Shown here piece after piece: positions 50,757 through 59,488 of a stretch of 64,000 nucleotides of DNA. The DNA is from Candidatus Buchananbacteria bacterium (GTDB lineage: Bacteria > Patescibacteriota > Patescibacteriia > CAIXNZ01), in the NCBI GenBank assembly GCA_014729025.1, contig WJKP01000014.1:543-64542 (forward strand). Direction: 5' to 3'. Within the stretch, counting starts at the first letter, position 1. Each line of letters begins with the position of its first letter. The position numbers and the translations under genes were made by a program. The notes beneath the pieces were generated by a model, which was not told the DNA's origin, ran no database searches, and saw nothing but the letters and a program-made list of their open reading frames with translations.

Positions 50757-50897
50757 CTACTCGGATAGCTGTTTGTTAAATTCTTTCCTATCAGCAAATT
50801 CTGCGCGTTTTCCTTTGTTCCATTGGTTGACTGGTCTGATATAACCAACTACCCGAGAATAAACCTCGCAAGGTTGTCTTACCATTTTCGTGTTCAT
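50757..50897 (-). CDS. Stand-alone glycyl-radical peptide corresponding to the NrdD C-terminal domain (46 aa)
   Basis: Hand translation MNTKMVRQPCEVYSRVVGYIRPVNQWNKGKRAEFADRKEFNKQLSE; RVxGY glycyl-radical motif and WNxGKxxExxDR tail typical of NrdD C-termini; own SD AAAGGAG 6 nt upstream; below the 60-aa ORF cutoff. Confidence 0.6.
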   Translation of the reverse strand: MNTKMVRQPCEVYSRVVGYIRPVNQWNKGKRAEFADRKEFNKQLSE

Positions 50898-50949
50898 AAC
50901 GCTCCTTTAACTATCTATTTGTAAAAAAACAGATAGTTTATTTTAATAA

Positions 50950-53004
50950 TTATTGATTATTAATAATTGACTGCTCTGCTTCTGCTTTTTCTGTATAACC
51001 TATTTCCTGATCACATTTTGGACAGAAAAAATGCTCACCAGCAATATAACCATGGATCGGACAAATTGAAAACGTCGGCGTAATTGTAAAATAGGGTAAG
51101 TGATAATTTTCAGCGATTTTCTTGATTAATTTTTTGGTTGCTTCTATACTGGGCATTTTTTCACCAATAAAACCATGCATAACCGTACCTCCAGTATAAC
51201 GTGTTTGCAAGCCGTCTTGCAAATCTAAAGCTTCAAAAATATCATCAGTATAATTAACTGGTAATTGTGAAGAATTAGTGTAATAAGGATCAGCGCCTTG
51301 TTCCCGGTAAGCTTTTTCATTAGCGACTATAATATCGGGATATTTTTGTTTATCAGCCTTGGCAAAACGATAAGTCGTACCTTCTCCCGGAGTTGCTTCT
51401 AAATTATATAAATTATTGGTCTCATTTTGATAATCCATTAATTTATCTCTCATAAAATCTAAAATTTCTTGGGCGGCTTTATTACCTTCGGCAGTAGTAA
51501 TATCTTCACCGATTAAATTTAAAACCGCTTCATTCATACCGGCAATACCAATGGTATTAAAATGATTTTTCCAATACTCACCAAATTTACTCTTAATGTC
51601 TTCCAAATAATATTTTGAATAAGGATAAAGACCTTCTTCAGTAAATTTTTCAACAACTTTTCTTTTCAAATCAAGGCTGGTTTGGGCAATTTTCATTATT
51701 ACCTCTAAAGAGTCTAAAAATTCTTTTTTGTCTTTAGCCTGATAACCAAGTCTGGGTAAATTAATTGTGACTACACCAATTGAACCAGTCAATGGATTAG
51801 CCCCAAAAAGCCCGCCACCTCTTTTTCTTAATTCGCGATTATCCAATCTTAAACGACAACACATACTTCGGGCATCTTCTGGTTTCATATCAGAATTAAC
51901 AAAATTGGAAAAATAAGGAATGCCATATTTTGATGTCATCTCCATTATCTTATCAGCGACTTCAGTATCCCATTTAAAATCCTTAGTAATATTATAAGTT
52001 GGAATCGGAAAAGTAAAAACTCTTCCAAACGCATCGCCTTCAGTCATAACTTCAGTAAAAGCCATATTAAAAATATCCATTTCTTTTTGAAATTCTTTAT
52101 AAGTTTTTTCTTGAAACTTACCGCCAATAATTACTGGCTCGTCTTTCATCATTTTAGGCATGCTTAAATCCATTGTAATATTAGTAAACGGCGTTTGAAA
52201 ACCAACTCTGGTCGGTACATTCATATTAAATAAAAATTCCTGAATACATTGTTTAACATCTGCGTATTTAAGATTATCATAAGCAATAAAAGGTGCTAAA
52301 TAAGAATCAAAACTGGAAAAAGCCTGGGCTCCAGCTGTCTCACCTTGTAATGTATAAAAATAATTAACAATTTGACCTAAGGCCGTACGTAAATGTTTAG
52401 GTGGCTTGGAACTGACTTTACCCGATACTCCGCCAAAACCTTTCATTAATAAATCGCGCAAATCCCAACCGCAACAATAAGCTGATAAAGTTTGTAAATC
52501 ATGAATATGTAAATCAGCATTAGCATGGGCATCCCTTACTTCTTCAGGATAAACTTTATGTAACCAATAATGGGCAGAAACAGATGAAGCAACATGATTA
52601 TTCAAACCTTGCAAAGAAAAAGCCATATTAGAATTTTCTTTAACCCGCCAATCACTTTGCACCAAATAACCTTCCATTAAAGCATCAGAATCAATTAATG
52701 ATTTAAAGTCTCTAATTCTGGCATGTTGATCACGGTATAAAATATAAGCTTTAGCTGTCTGAATTTGTTTATTTTTAATCAAAGTCGCCTCCACAATATC
52801 CTGAACTTCTTCAACTGCCGGGATACTTCTTTCATGAAACCTTTTATTCAACTCTTTTTCTACTGCCAACGCCAATTTTTGGGCTTTTTTCTTGCTCGGA
52901 TCACCAATGGCTTCCATTGCTTTATAAATAGCTTCTTCTATTTTAGGCAAATCAAAATCAACAATTCGATCATCGCGTTTTTTTATCTTGAAAATTTTGC
53001 CCAT
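50950..53004 (-). CDS. nrdD: Anaerobic ribonucleoside-triphosphate reductase catalytic subunit (class III), lacking the glycyl-radical tail
   Basis: 684 aa; N-terminal ATP-cone, class III RNR core, C-terminal Zn ribbon (CPIH...CPKC), ends at TAA without the RVCGY motif. Confidence 0.9.
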   Translation of the reverse strand: MGKIFKIKKRDDRIVDFDLPKIEEAIYKAMEAIGDPSKKKAQKLALAVEKELNKRFHERSIPAVEEVQDIVEATLIKNKQIQTAKAYILYRDQHARIRDFKSLIDSDALMEGYLVQSDWRVKENSNMAFSLQGLNNHVASSVSAHYWLHKVYPEEVRDAHANADLHIHDLQTLSAYCCGWDLRDLLMKGFGGVSGKVSSKPPKHLRTALGQIVNYFYTLQGETAGAQAFSSFDSYLAPFIAYDNLKYADVKQCIQEFLFNMNVPTRVGFQTPFTNITMDLSMPKMMKDEPVIIGGKFQEKTYKEFQKEMDIFNMAFTEVMTEGDAFGRVFTFPIPTYNITKDFKWDTEVADKIMEMTSKYGIPYFSNFVNSDMKPEDARSMCCRLRLDNRELRKRGGGLFGANPLTGSIGVVTINLPRLGYQAKDKKEFLDSLEVIMKIAQTSLDLKRKVVEKFTEEGLYPYSKYYLEDIKSKFGEYWKNHFNTIGIAGMNEAVLNLIGEDITTAEGNKAAQEILDFMRDKLMDYQNETNNLYNLEATPGEGTTYRFAKADKQKYPDIIVANEKAYREQGADPYYTNSSQLPVNYTDDIFEALDLQDGLQTRYTGGTVMHGFIGEKMPSIEATKKLIKKIAENYHLPYFTITPTFSICPIHGYIAGEHFFCPKCDQEIGYTEKAEAEQSIINNQ

Positions 53005-53034
53005 TGTTTCAATATTTAATAATTAATTATAATC

Positions 53035-53499
53035 TTATTTTTTTTTCTTTTTTTTAAATACGGCATTGATTTCTTTTTGAAAAGTCGCCAAATCTTTAAA
53101 AGCATGATAAACAGAAGCAAAACGAATATAAGCGACTGGATCTTTCTTTTTTAATTCTTTCATAATAATATCACCTACTTCTTGACTGGTAATCTCAATT
53201 TTTTTGGTAGCTTGAATCTGTCTTTCTATTTTATTAACCAAAATTCGGAAAGCTTCGTCTTTAATCGGCCGTTTTTGAAAAGCTTTTCGCAAACCCTTCT
53301 CTAGCTTCTCACGAGAATAACCTTCTTTATAGCCATTCCGCTTAATAACCATTAATTCCAATAATTCCACTTGCTCATAAGTACTAAAACGAAAACCGCA
53401 TTTCAAACATTCTCGTCTGCGCCTAATAGTAATACCATCAGAAGCCACACGCGAGTCAATTACCTTGGTCTCTTTATAATTACAGACAGGACATTTCAT
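53035..53499 (-). CDS. nrdR: Transcriptional repressor NrdR
   Basis: 154 aa; MKCPVCNYKETKVIDSR zinc ribbon plus ATP-cone. Confidence 0.92.
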   Translation of the reverse strand: MKCPVCNYKETKVIDSRVASDGITIRRRRECLKCGFRFSTYEQVELLELMVIKRNGYKEGYSREKLEKGLRKAFQKRPIKDEAFRILVNKIERQIQATKKIEITSQEVGDIIMKELKKKDPVAYIRFASVYHAFKDLATFQKEINAVFKKKKKK

Positions 53500-53559
53500 A
53501 GCTTTTTTAAAGAAGTAAAAATCTTACAAAATTAATTTATTTTTTATTTTTTCAAATTA

Positions 53560-53575
53560 ACACTATATTTAGTAT
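53560..53575. promoter_or_regulatory. NrdR box 1 (ACACTATATTTAGTAT)
   Basis: Matches the acaCwAtATaTwGtgt NrdR operator consensus; upstream of nrdR-nrdD. Confidence 0.6.
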
Positions 53576-53592
53576 TTCCTGTGATTATTATA

Positions 53593-53608
53593 ACACTATA
53601 TCTAGTAT
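53593..53608. promoter_or_regulatory. NrdR box 2 (ACACTATATCTAGTAT)
   Basis: Near-identical second box 33 bp downstream of box 1 (start to start); tandem arrangement typical of NrdR operators. Confidence 0.6.
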
Positions 53609-53800
53609 GAATAAATCTTTTGTCAATAGCCTGGCAAGGCCTTACTGAAAACTCACTAGAAATTAACTTTAAGACCTAAAAATAGGGTTTTTAAAAGTGT
53701 CGTAAAAATTATTATAAATTATATAATAATAAATCTGTGGATAACTTGCTCAAAATTTATTTTATTTAGTTATGCAAAACTGCACAAATTACAATACTAA

Positions 53801-54181
53801 TTAAAAACAATGCTGCGCTTTTAAATAATCGTCTAAAGTGGGGCTGGCACCTTGTTTAATTTGATTAACTCGTTCGGCGCCTAAAGCTTCTACAGCGCAT
53901 TGTTCTTGTTCCGGTGTAATTTCAGTTGGCAATCCTTGCACGTCAACCCCGGATGTTTCCAACAAAATCTCTTGTTCATTGGAAAGTAAAGGATGATCAT
54001 AACTGCTTGGTTCACCTGATTGTATTTTTGAATAAGCATCTGGAAATTTAGTCACATCAACCCCGTAAGGTTTAATAATAATTAAAGCAATCACGACACC
54101 AATCACTATAATAATAAAAATTACAGCGATGATACCAATTACCATAAAAAATTTTCGCCAAAAATTTGTTTCTTTTGCCAT
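53801..54181 (-). CDS. Hypothetical membrane-anchored protein
   Basis: 126 aa; N-terminal TM, no motif. Confidence 0.35.
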   Translation of the reverse strand: MAKETNFWRKFFMVIGIIAVIFIIIVIGVVIALIIIKPYGVDVTKFPDAYSKIQSGEPSSYDHPLLSNEQEILLETSGVDVQGLPTEITPEQEQCAVEALGAERVNQIKQGASPTLDDYLKAQHCF

Positions 54182-54185
54182 AAGT

Positions 54186-54662
54186 TTAATTTAATAAATA
54201 AAGATAATAATTTAAAACCGCGGCAAAACTGACCCAAGCCAAATACGGGATCAATAAATAAGCGGCTGGCTTAGCTATTTTATAAAAATAAATTATGGTT
54301 AATAATATAAAAAACCATAAAATTAAAATTTCCATAAAACCAGCTAATGGATTTTGTAAATAAAAAAATAAAAACGACCAAGCAATATTTAAAATCCATT
54401 GAATACCAAAAAAAATAAAAGCTTTAGTTTTTACCTCTTGTTTTCCCTTCTTGCTCCAAACTAAATATAAAGCAATACCCATCAACAAAAATAAAGTTGT
54501 CCAAACCGGGCCAAATACCCAGCCCGGCGGATTAAATCCGGGTTTTTCCAGTGTTAAATACCAGGTACTAACTGATTGAGCCGTAAAAATTGAACCAATT
54601 CCTCCGGCTGCCTGACAAATAATCAGCGAGATAATTAGTTTTATCCAATTTATTTTTGACAT
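54186..54662 (-). CDS. tspO: TspO/MBR family tryptophan-rich sensory protein
   Basis: 158 aa, 5 TM, W-rich (WYLTLEKPGFNPPGWVFGPVWTTLFLLMGIALYLVW). Confidence 0.75.
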   Translation of the reverse strand: MSKINWIKLIISLIICQAAGGIGSIFTAQSVSTWYLTLEKPGFNPPGWVFGPVWTTLFLLMGIALYLVWSKKGKQEVKTKAFIFFGIQWILNIAWSFLFFYLQNPLAGFMEILILWFFILLTIIYFYKIAKPAAYLLIPYLAWVSFAAVLNYYLYLLN

Positions 54663-54671
54663 ATTTTTTGT

Positions 54672-55343
54672 TTAATTATTAACACAATCCTGTGGACAAT
54701 TTTCAGCTGTTTCTGCGCAAGGACAGCCACTTCCCAGACAAACAATAGACTGGCAGATACCGTCACCGCACATATCCTGACAAATCAACTCTTCTTCATC
54801 AGTTGTCTCTGATTCTTCAGCGTCAACTAATAAATTATAATCAACTGCCAAATACACTTTATCAACCTCTGAATCTTCATTGGTTTGATAGCCTAAAACA
54901 TTGCCTTCATCTACTGCAACTCCCATAAAATAAGCTTGCAAACCCGGGTTTTGGTTTTTAATTTGCTTGACAATTTCCTGCTCAGCTGAAAAATCAAATT
55001 GACCGGCCTGATCAATATAATCAAAATTATCAATAGCCACATCTTTATCAACCAAACCGCAGCATTCAGTAGCATAAACAATTAAATCTACTTGATCAGC
55101 TAAAAGTTCTCGGATTTTGGTTTTATTATCCTGGTTAACTGCTTGTTCAAATTCTAAAAGTCGACCAGTCGCCTGTGACGGCTGACTCGGTTGATTAAGA
55201 TTGTTATTATTATTCAAATTATTATTGGCTTGATTTAAATTATTAACTTGTTGGTTTAAATTTGAATAAAGATAACCAATAAAAATAACTGTAATAAAAA
55301 TTGCCAAAACAATTAAAACCGTATACAAATAATTTTTAGTCAT
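54672..55343 (-). CDS. Hypothetical anchored protein with Asn/Gln-rich linker and Cys-rich C-terminal module
   Basis: 223 aa; N-terminal TM; C-terminus QDMCGDGICQSIVCLGSGCPCAETAENCPQDC. Confidence 0.35.
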   Translation of the reverse strand: MTKNYLYTVLIVLAIFITVIFIGYLYSNLNQQVNNLNQANNNLNNNNNLNQPSQPSQATGRLLEFEQAVNQDNKTKIRELLADQVDLIVYATECCGLVDKDVAIDNFDYIDQAGQFDFSAEQEIVKQIKNQNPGLQAYFMGVAVDEGNVLGYQTNEDSEVDKVYLAVDYNLLVDAEESETTDEEELICQDMCGDGICQSIVCLGSGCPCAETAENCPQDCVNN

Positions 55344-55414
55344 AATATTTTTCCTAATCCGCCAAAGTTTTATGCAGAAGCGGAAAAAGCTAATTATTAA
55401 TTATATTTTAATAT

Positions 55415-55918
55415 TTATAGTTTTCTAGAATCATAAGCCCAATGTAAAACTGCTTGTCTTTGTTTTTTACGGCAATCCCAGTCTTTTTTAGCACAATTTT
55501 TTTTAATTTGAGCGATATGGCGTTTAAATGATTTCCAACGTTTAATTTGTCGCTCATCGTCAGGACAACGTCTACCTAGATAATACCGGCAATACCATTG
55601 AAACCAGCCACGCGGGTCTTCATGATAAATCCAGCCTTTTTTACGCCAAACTGATAATGGCTGCGAAGCATTAACCCCGAAAAAATTTTTATCAGGATCA
55701 TGTTTTTCCGAATCTAATTTAGCGTTTTTAAACCAGTCTTTAGGAAATTCTGACTGGCAATCAGTCATGTATTTACCGCCAAACACGCCTAATTCTAACA
55801 TTTGCTTGGGAGTTAATTCTGGTTTAAATTCCTGAGCAAAATTTTCACCAGTCGGTTCGGTCAAATAATAAATATAGTTTTTTTGCATTTTATCATTAAC
55901 AACGATTTTTTGTTTCAT
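55415..55918 (-). CDS. Hypothetical protein (Trp/Cys/Arg-rich C-terminus)
   Basis: 167 aa; no recognised motif. Confidence 0.35.
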   Translation of the reverse strand: MKQKIVVNDKMQKNYIYYLTEPTGENFAQEFKPELTPKQMLELGVFGGKYMTDCQSEFPKDWFKNAKLDSEKHDPDKNFFGVNASQPLSVWRKKGWIYHEDPRGWFQWYCRYYLGRRCPDDERQIKRWKSFKRHIAQIKKNCAKKDWDCRKKQRQAVLHWAYDSRKL

Positions 55919-55929
55919 AAAAAGAATTA

Positions 55930-56547
55930 TTATTTGGCCTGGCTAGTAACAGTATAATAACCAAAAATTATTTTAGTAATAAAATCAAGCAATAAATACA
56001 TTAAAGCTGTGATAGCTGGAGTTAAAATTTCAAACCCAGTCGGCGCCAATAACCAAATTATAGGAAAAAAACTCCAGGTTATTGTCACGTACCAGCGAAT
56101 TTGTTTAATGAATTTATTGTCCTTAGCTGAATTTTTATGGATAATTTTTAAAATAATAATAAAAGCCAAACTACTGAGAATGAAAAAAATCCATTTATAA
56201 GGAGCCAAAATTATACTGGCTAAAAATCCGGTTAACATGACGATTGAATTCAAAACTATCATTTCTACAGTTTCAATCTTGGTCTTATTTAAAATCCTGG
56301 CAATTTCATACATTAATAAACCACAGCTTAAAATATAAAATAACCAACGAGTCGGATAAATCGGGTCACCTAAAGGTGAGGCAAAAACACCAACACCAGT
56401 TATTAATACCGCGTAAGAAACAGTAGTAGTAAAAAAAACTAATCGGTTGATAGCCACAAAATCATTTTTTTTCCTTAACAAGGGAAAGAATAAAGCAACT
56501 ATCAAAAATAATAAAAACCCGACTAAAAAAATACTTGTTTGCGTCAT
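55930..56547 (-). CDS. Microbial (type-1 fold) rhodopsin, short schizorhodopsin/AntR-like form
   Basis: 205 aa, 7 TM; helix-F W158-S-F-F-P162-I-I-W165 and helix-G D188-F-I-T-K192 match bacteriorhodopsin WSAYPVVW / DVSAK with identical spacing (W to K = 34); helix C RWLFYILSCGLLMYE gives F/S/E at BR positions 85/89/96. Confidence 0.6.
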   Translation of the reverse strand: MTQTSIFLVGFLLFLIVALFFPLLRKKNDFVAINRLVFFTTTVSYAVLITGVGVFASPLGDPIYPTRWLFYILSCGLLMYEIARILNKTKIETVEMIVLNSIVMLTGFLASIILAPYKWIFFILSSLAFIIILKIIHKNSAKDNKFIKQIRWYVTITWSFFPIIWLLAPTGFEILTPAITALMYLLLDFITKIIFGYYTVTSQAK

Positions 56548-56568
56548 AATTTTTAATTATTTATAAAT

Positions 56569-57150
56569 TTATAATGCTTGTTTTGCTAATTTATTTATTT
56601 TATTTAACCATTTTTGCCTTTTATTTTTGGTTGAATTTTTTATTGGTCCCAAAATTAAAGTTTTAACCGGCCAGACACCAATAAAAAATAAGACTCCGTA
56701 TTTTAATGATTTTAAACCGGAATGACCGAATAATTTATAAAATAAAACCAAACCGTCTACAGTAGTTATTAATCTGGCTGTTTTACCTTTTAAATAACGT
56801 TTAGGTAAAGGTAATAATGAATTTTCTTTATACTTAAAAGCAAAACCAGGTAAAATTGTCCTGTCAATAAAACCTTTTAAAAGCGCCGGATATGAATACC
56901 ACCAGGTCGGAAAAATGAACACCAAATGATCGGCCCAGTCTATTTTTTGCTGCATTTTAACCAAATCAGGTTCTAGTTTTTGGATTTTTTTATAACCTTT
57001 ATATAAAATGGGATCAAATTTTAATTCTCCCAAATAAACTAATTCGACATTATAACCTGATTTTTTAGCAGCTTTTTTATAATGACGGGCAATCGCTCCG
57101 TTAAAACTGTTTTTATCCGGATGACCTAAAATTATCAAGATTTTTTTCAT
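56569..57150 (-). CDS. Flavodoxin-fold NAD(P)H-dependent oxidoreductase (quinone reductase-like)
   Basis: 193 aa; MKKILIILGHPDKNSFNGAIA N-terminus typical of NAD(P)H dehydrogenase (quinone)/MdaB-type proteins. Confidence 0.7.
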   Translation of the reverse strand: MKKILIILGHPDKNSFNGAIARHYKKAAKKSGYNVELVYLGELKFDPILYKGYKKIQKLEPDLVKMQQKIDWADHLVFIFPTWWYSYPALLKGFIDRTILPGFAFKYKENSLLPLPKRYLKGKTARLITTVDGLVLFYKLFGHSGLKSLKYGVLFFIGVWPVKTLILGPIKNSTKNKRQKWLNKINKLAKQAL

Positions 57151-57201
57151 AATAATGTTATAATTAAATTATAACATATAATAACTATTTAACTTAAACT
57201 C

Positions 57202-57540
57202 ATGAAAACACAAAAACGACTTAGTATCGCTTTACTGACCGGTACGGGACTGGGTATTTTATGTATTATCGGTGTTGGTGTCAGGCTAGGATTTGCTGGT
57301 AATGAATTGTTTTTGCTGGCTACTTGGTATAATCGTTTATTAATGGGTTTGGTAATTGGTTTGGCCGGTGCCTGGCAATTAAGTAAAAGTAAAGCTAATC
57401 CTTTATTACGCGGTCTTGTCCTGGGTTTAATGGTTAGTTTAGCTTTATTTTTAAGTACTGAATTAAAAGATCCTGTTGGCTTTTTAGCTGGTATTGTCTA
57501 TGGCATTATTATTGATTTTGTTGCCAGTAAATACGCTTAA
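57202..57540 (+). CDS. Hypothetical 3-TM membrane protein
   Basis: 112 aa; followed by hairpin plus T-run at about 57550-57580. Confidence 0.4.
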   Translation: MKTQKRLSIALLTGTGLGILCIIGVGVRLGFAGNELFLLATWYNRLLMGLVIGLAGAWQLSKSKANPLLRGLVLGLMVSLALFLSTELKDPVGFLAGIVYGIIIDFVASKYA

Positions 57541-57601
57541 TAATTTTTCAATAAAAAAACTCCTGCTTTTTTTAAAAAAACAGGAGTTTTTGTTTTAGCT
57601 T

Positions 57602-57811
57602 CTATTTTCTTTTGACTGCAACTGTTGCCAAATAAATTGTGTACAAAGCAGCTAAACCAACCAAGGCATACACTACTCGGGAGATAGCTGACATGTCACC
57701 AAAAAGAGTTGCCACCAAATCAAAATTAAACAAACCAACTAATCCCCAATTAAGACCGCCAACAATCACTAAAATTAAGGCGATCACATCTAAAGCATTA
57801 AGCTTTTGCAT
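57602..57811 (-). CDS. DUF378-family small membrane protein
   Basis: 69 aa; LILVIVGGLNWGLVGLFNFDLVATLFG signature. Confidence 0.6.
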   Translation of the reverse strand: MQKLNALDVIALILVIVGGLNWGLVGLFNFDLVATLFGDMSAISRVVYALVGLAALYTIYLATVAVKRK

Positions 57812-57869
57812 AAGTTTACGGGTTAATTAATTATATTAATATTATAGCAAAAAAACAGTAAAATAGATA

Positions 57870-58268
57870 TTAATCTTTATTTTTATCAAATTTTAAGGCT
57901 AAAGAATTAATACAATAACGTTTATTGGTTGGCTGAGGGCCGTCTTTAAATAAATGGCCCAAATGGCTACCACATTGCGCGCAAACAACTTCTACCCTGT
58001 CCATGCCATGACTTTTATCAGGTTGCAATTTAACATTGCCTTGTTGTATCACATCATAAAAACTGGGCCAGCCAGTACCTGAATCAAATTTTGTTTCTGA
58101 AGAAAATAAAGGGTTATTGCAAGCCGCACAACTATAAATACCAGTTGCTTTATTGCGCAGTAATTTACCGGAAAAAGCCGGTTCAGTGCCTTTTTCGCGC
58201 AAAATATGGTATTGTTCAGAACTTAATTGTTCTTGCCAATCTTGTTTATTTTTTTTGATTTGTTTCAT
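57870..58268 (-). CDS. msrB: Peptide-methionine (R)-S-oxide reductase
   Basis: 132 aa; CxxC...CxxC zinc site and GTGWPSF active-site motif. Confidence 0.9.
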   Translation of the reverse strand: MKQIKKNKQDWQEQLSSEQYHILREKGTEPAFSGKLLRNKATGIYSCAACNNPLFSSETKFDSGTGWPSFYDVIQQGNVKLQPDKSHGMDRVEVVCAQCGSHLGHLFKDGPQPTNKRYCINSLALKFDKNKD

Positions 58269-58277
58269 ATTTAATGG

Positions 58278-58772
58278 TTAAAAGCCGCAAAGTTTGGCTT
58301 TTAATTTATGTTTTTTATAATAATCCTGATGATATTCTTCAGCCGGATAAAACTCAGCTACTGGTTTGATTTCAGTAACAATCTCTTTTTTATATTGGTC
58401 GGATTGAGCTAAATTTTTTTTTGATTGTTTGGCCAACATTTTTTGTTTTTGATTATGATAAAAAATAACTGAACGGTACTGGCTGCCAATATCAAGACCT
58501 TGTTGGTTTAATTGGGTTGGATCATGAATTTCCCAAAATTTTTCCAATAATTGTTCGTACGATATTTTATTGGGATCATAAATTACCTGGCAAACTTCTG
58601 CATGACCGGTCTGGCCGGTTGAGACTTGTTTATAGCTGGGATCTTTAACGTGTCCGCCCATAAATCCGACGGTTGTTGCTTTAACGCCTTTAAACTGATC
58701 AAAAGCCTGCTGTACGTGCCAAAAACAACCAGCGCCAAAAGTTGCTTTTTGTAAATTAGTTTTATTGGACAT
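58278..58772 (-). CDS. msrA: Peptide-methionine (S)-S-oxide reductase
   Basis: 164 aa; GCFWHVQ active site. Confidence 0.9.
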   Translation of the reverse strand: MSNKTNLQKATFGAGCFWHVQQAFDQFKGVKATTVGFMGGHVKDPSYKQVSTGQTGHAEVCQVIYDPNKISYEQLLEKFWEIHDPTQLNQQGLDIGSQYRSVIFYHNQKQKMLAKQSKKNLAQSDQYKKEIVTEIKPVAEFYPAEEYHQDYYKKHKLKAKLCGF

Positions 58773-58844
58773 GATTTTTATTTAAATTATTATAATCAAA
58801 TCGCCAATTAATCGGATTATTGGCAATATTCATTTTTTTTATTT

Positions 58845-59477
58845 TTAAATTAAATTTTTCAGCTCTTTACCTGATTGTAGGATCCTATCAGCCTGTGAAA
58901 AATCCTGGTCTTGAGTTGTCTTGGTTGGTATAACATAACAAGTCATACCGGCTTTTTTGGCTGCCTGTAAACCGATGCTGGTATCTTCAATTACTAAACA
59001 ATCTTTAGGTTCAAGGTTTAATTTGGCAGCTGCTTTTAAATAACAATCAGGCGCTGGTTTTCTTTGCTCACAATCTTCAAAACTAACAATCGCCTGAAAA
59101 ACATTTTGCAAACCGGCTCTTTGGATAATTTTATCAGTGCTGGGTCTGGCTGACGAAGTCACTAAGCCTAAAGTAATATTTTGCTGAGATAGTTTTTTAA
59201 TCAAATCAATAATCTCATTAAATAAAGGTGCTGTTTCAATACCTTGTAAATATAATTCACGTTTGATTTGCCGGTATTGGGCAAAATCAAAATCAGGATA
59301 TTTTTGTTTAAAATATTCCTGATAATCTACCGGATGAGTGCCAATAATCAGATCTTTTTCCTTTTCAGTCAGCTCAATACCTTGCTGGCTAAAAGCTTTA
59401 ATAGCTGAATCAAGGTTAATTGGTTCAGTATCAATAATCACGCCGTCCCGATCAAAAATAATAGCTTTAAATTGCAT
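58845..59477 (-). CDS. HAD-superfamily hydrolase (beta-phosphoglucomutase-like)
   Basis: 210 aa; motif I FDRDGVIIDTE, motif II VTSS, motif IV EDTSIG. Confidence 0.8.
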   Translation of the reverse strand: MQFKAIIFDRDGVIIDTEPINLDSAIKAFSQQGIELTEKEKDLIIGTHPVDYQEYFKQKYPDFDFAQYRQIKRELYLQGIETAPLFNEIIDLIKKLSQQNITLGLVTSSARPSTDKIIQRAGLQNVFQAIVSFEDCEQRKPAPDCYLKAAAKLNLEPKDCLVIEDTSIGLQAAKKAGMTCYVIPTKTTQDQDFSQADRILQSGKELKNLI

Positions 59478-59488
59478 AAAATATTTCT

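Noticed and set aside
53728-53736. Perfect DnaA box (TGTGGATAA, complement of TTATCCACA) in the nrdR upstream region
   Set aside because: It is a single isolated box with no cluster and no adjacent dnaA/dnaN or AT-rich DUE pattern. That is insufficient to call an origin.
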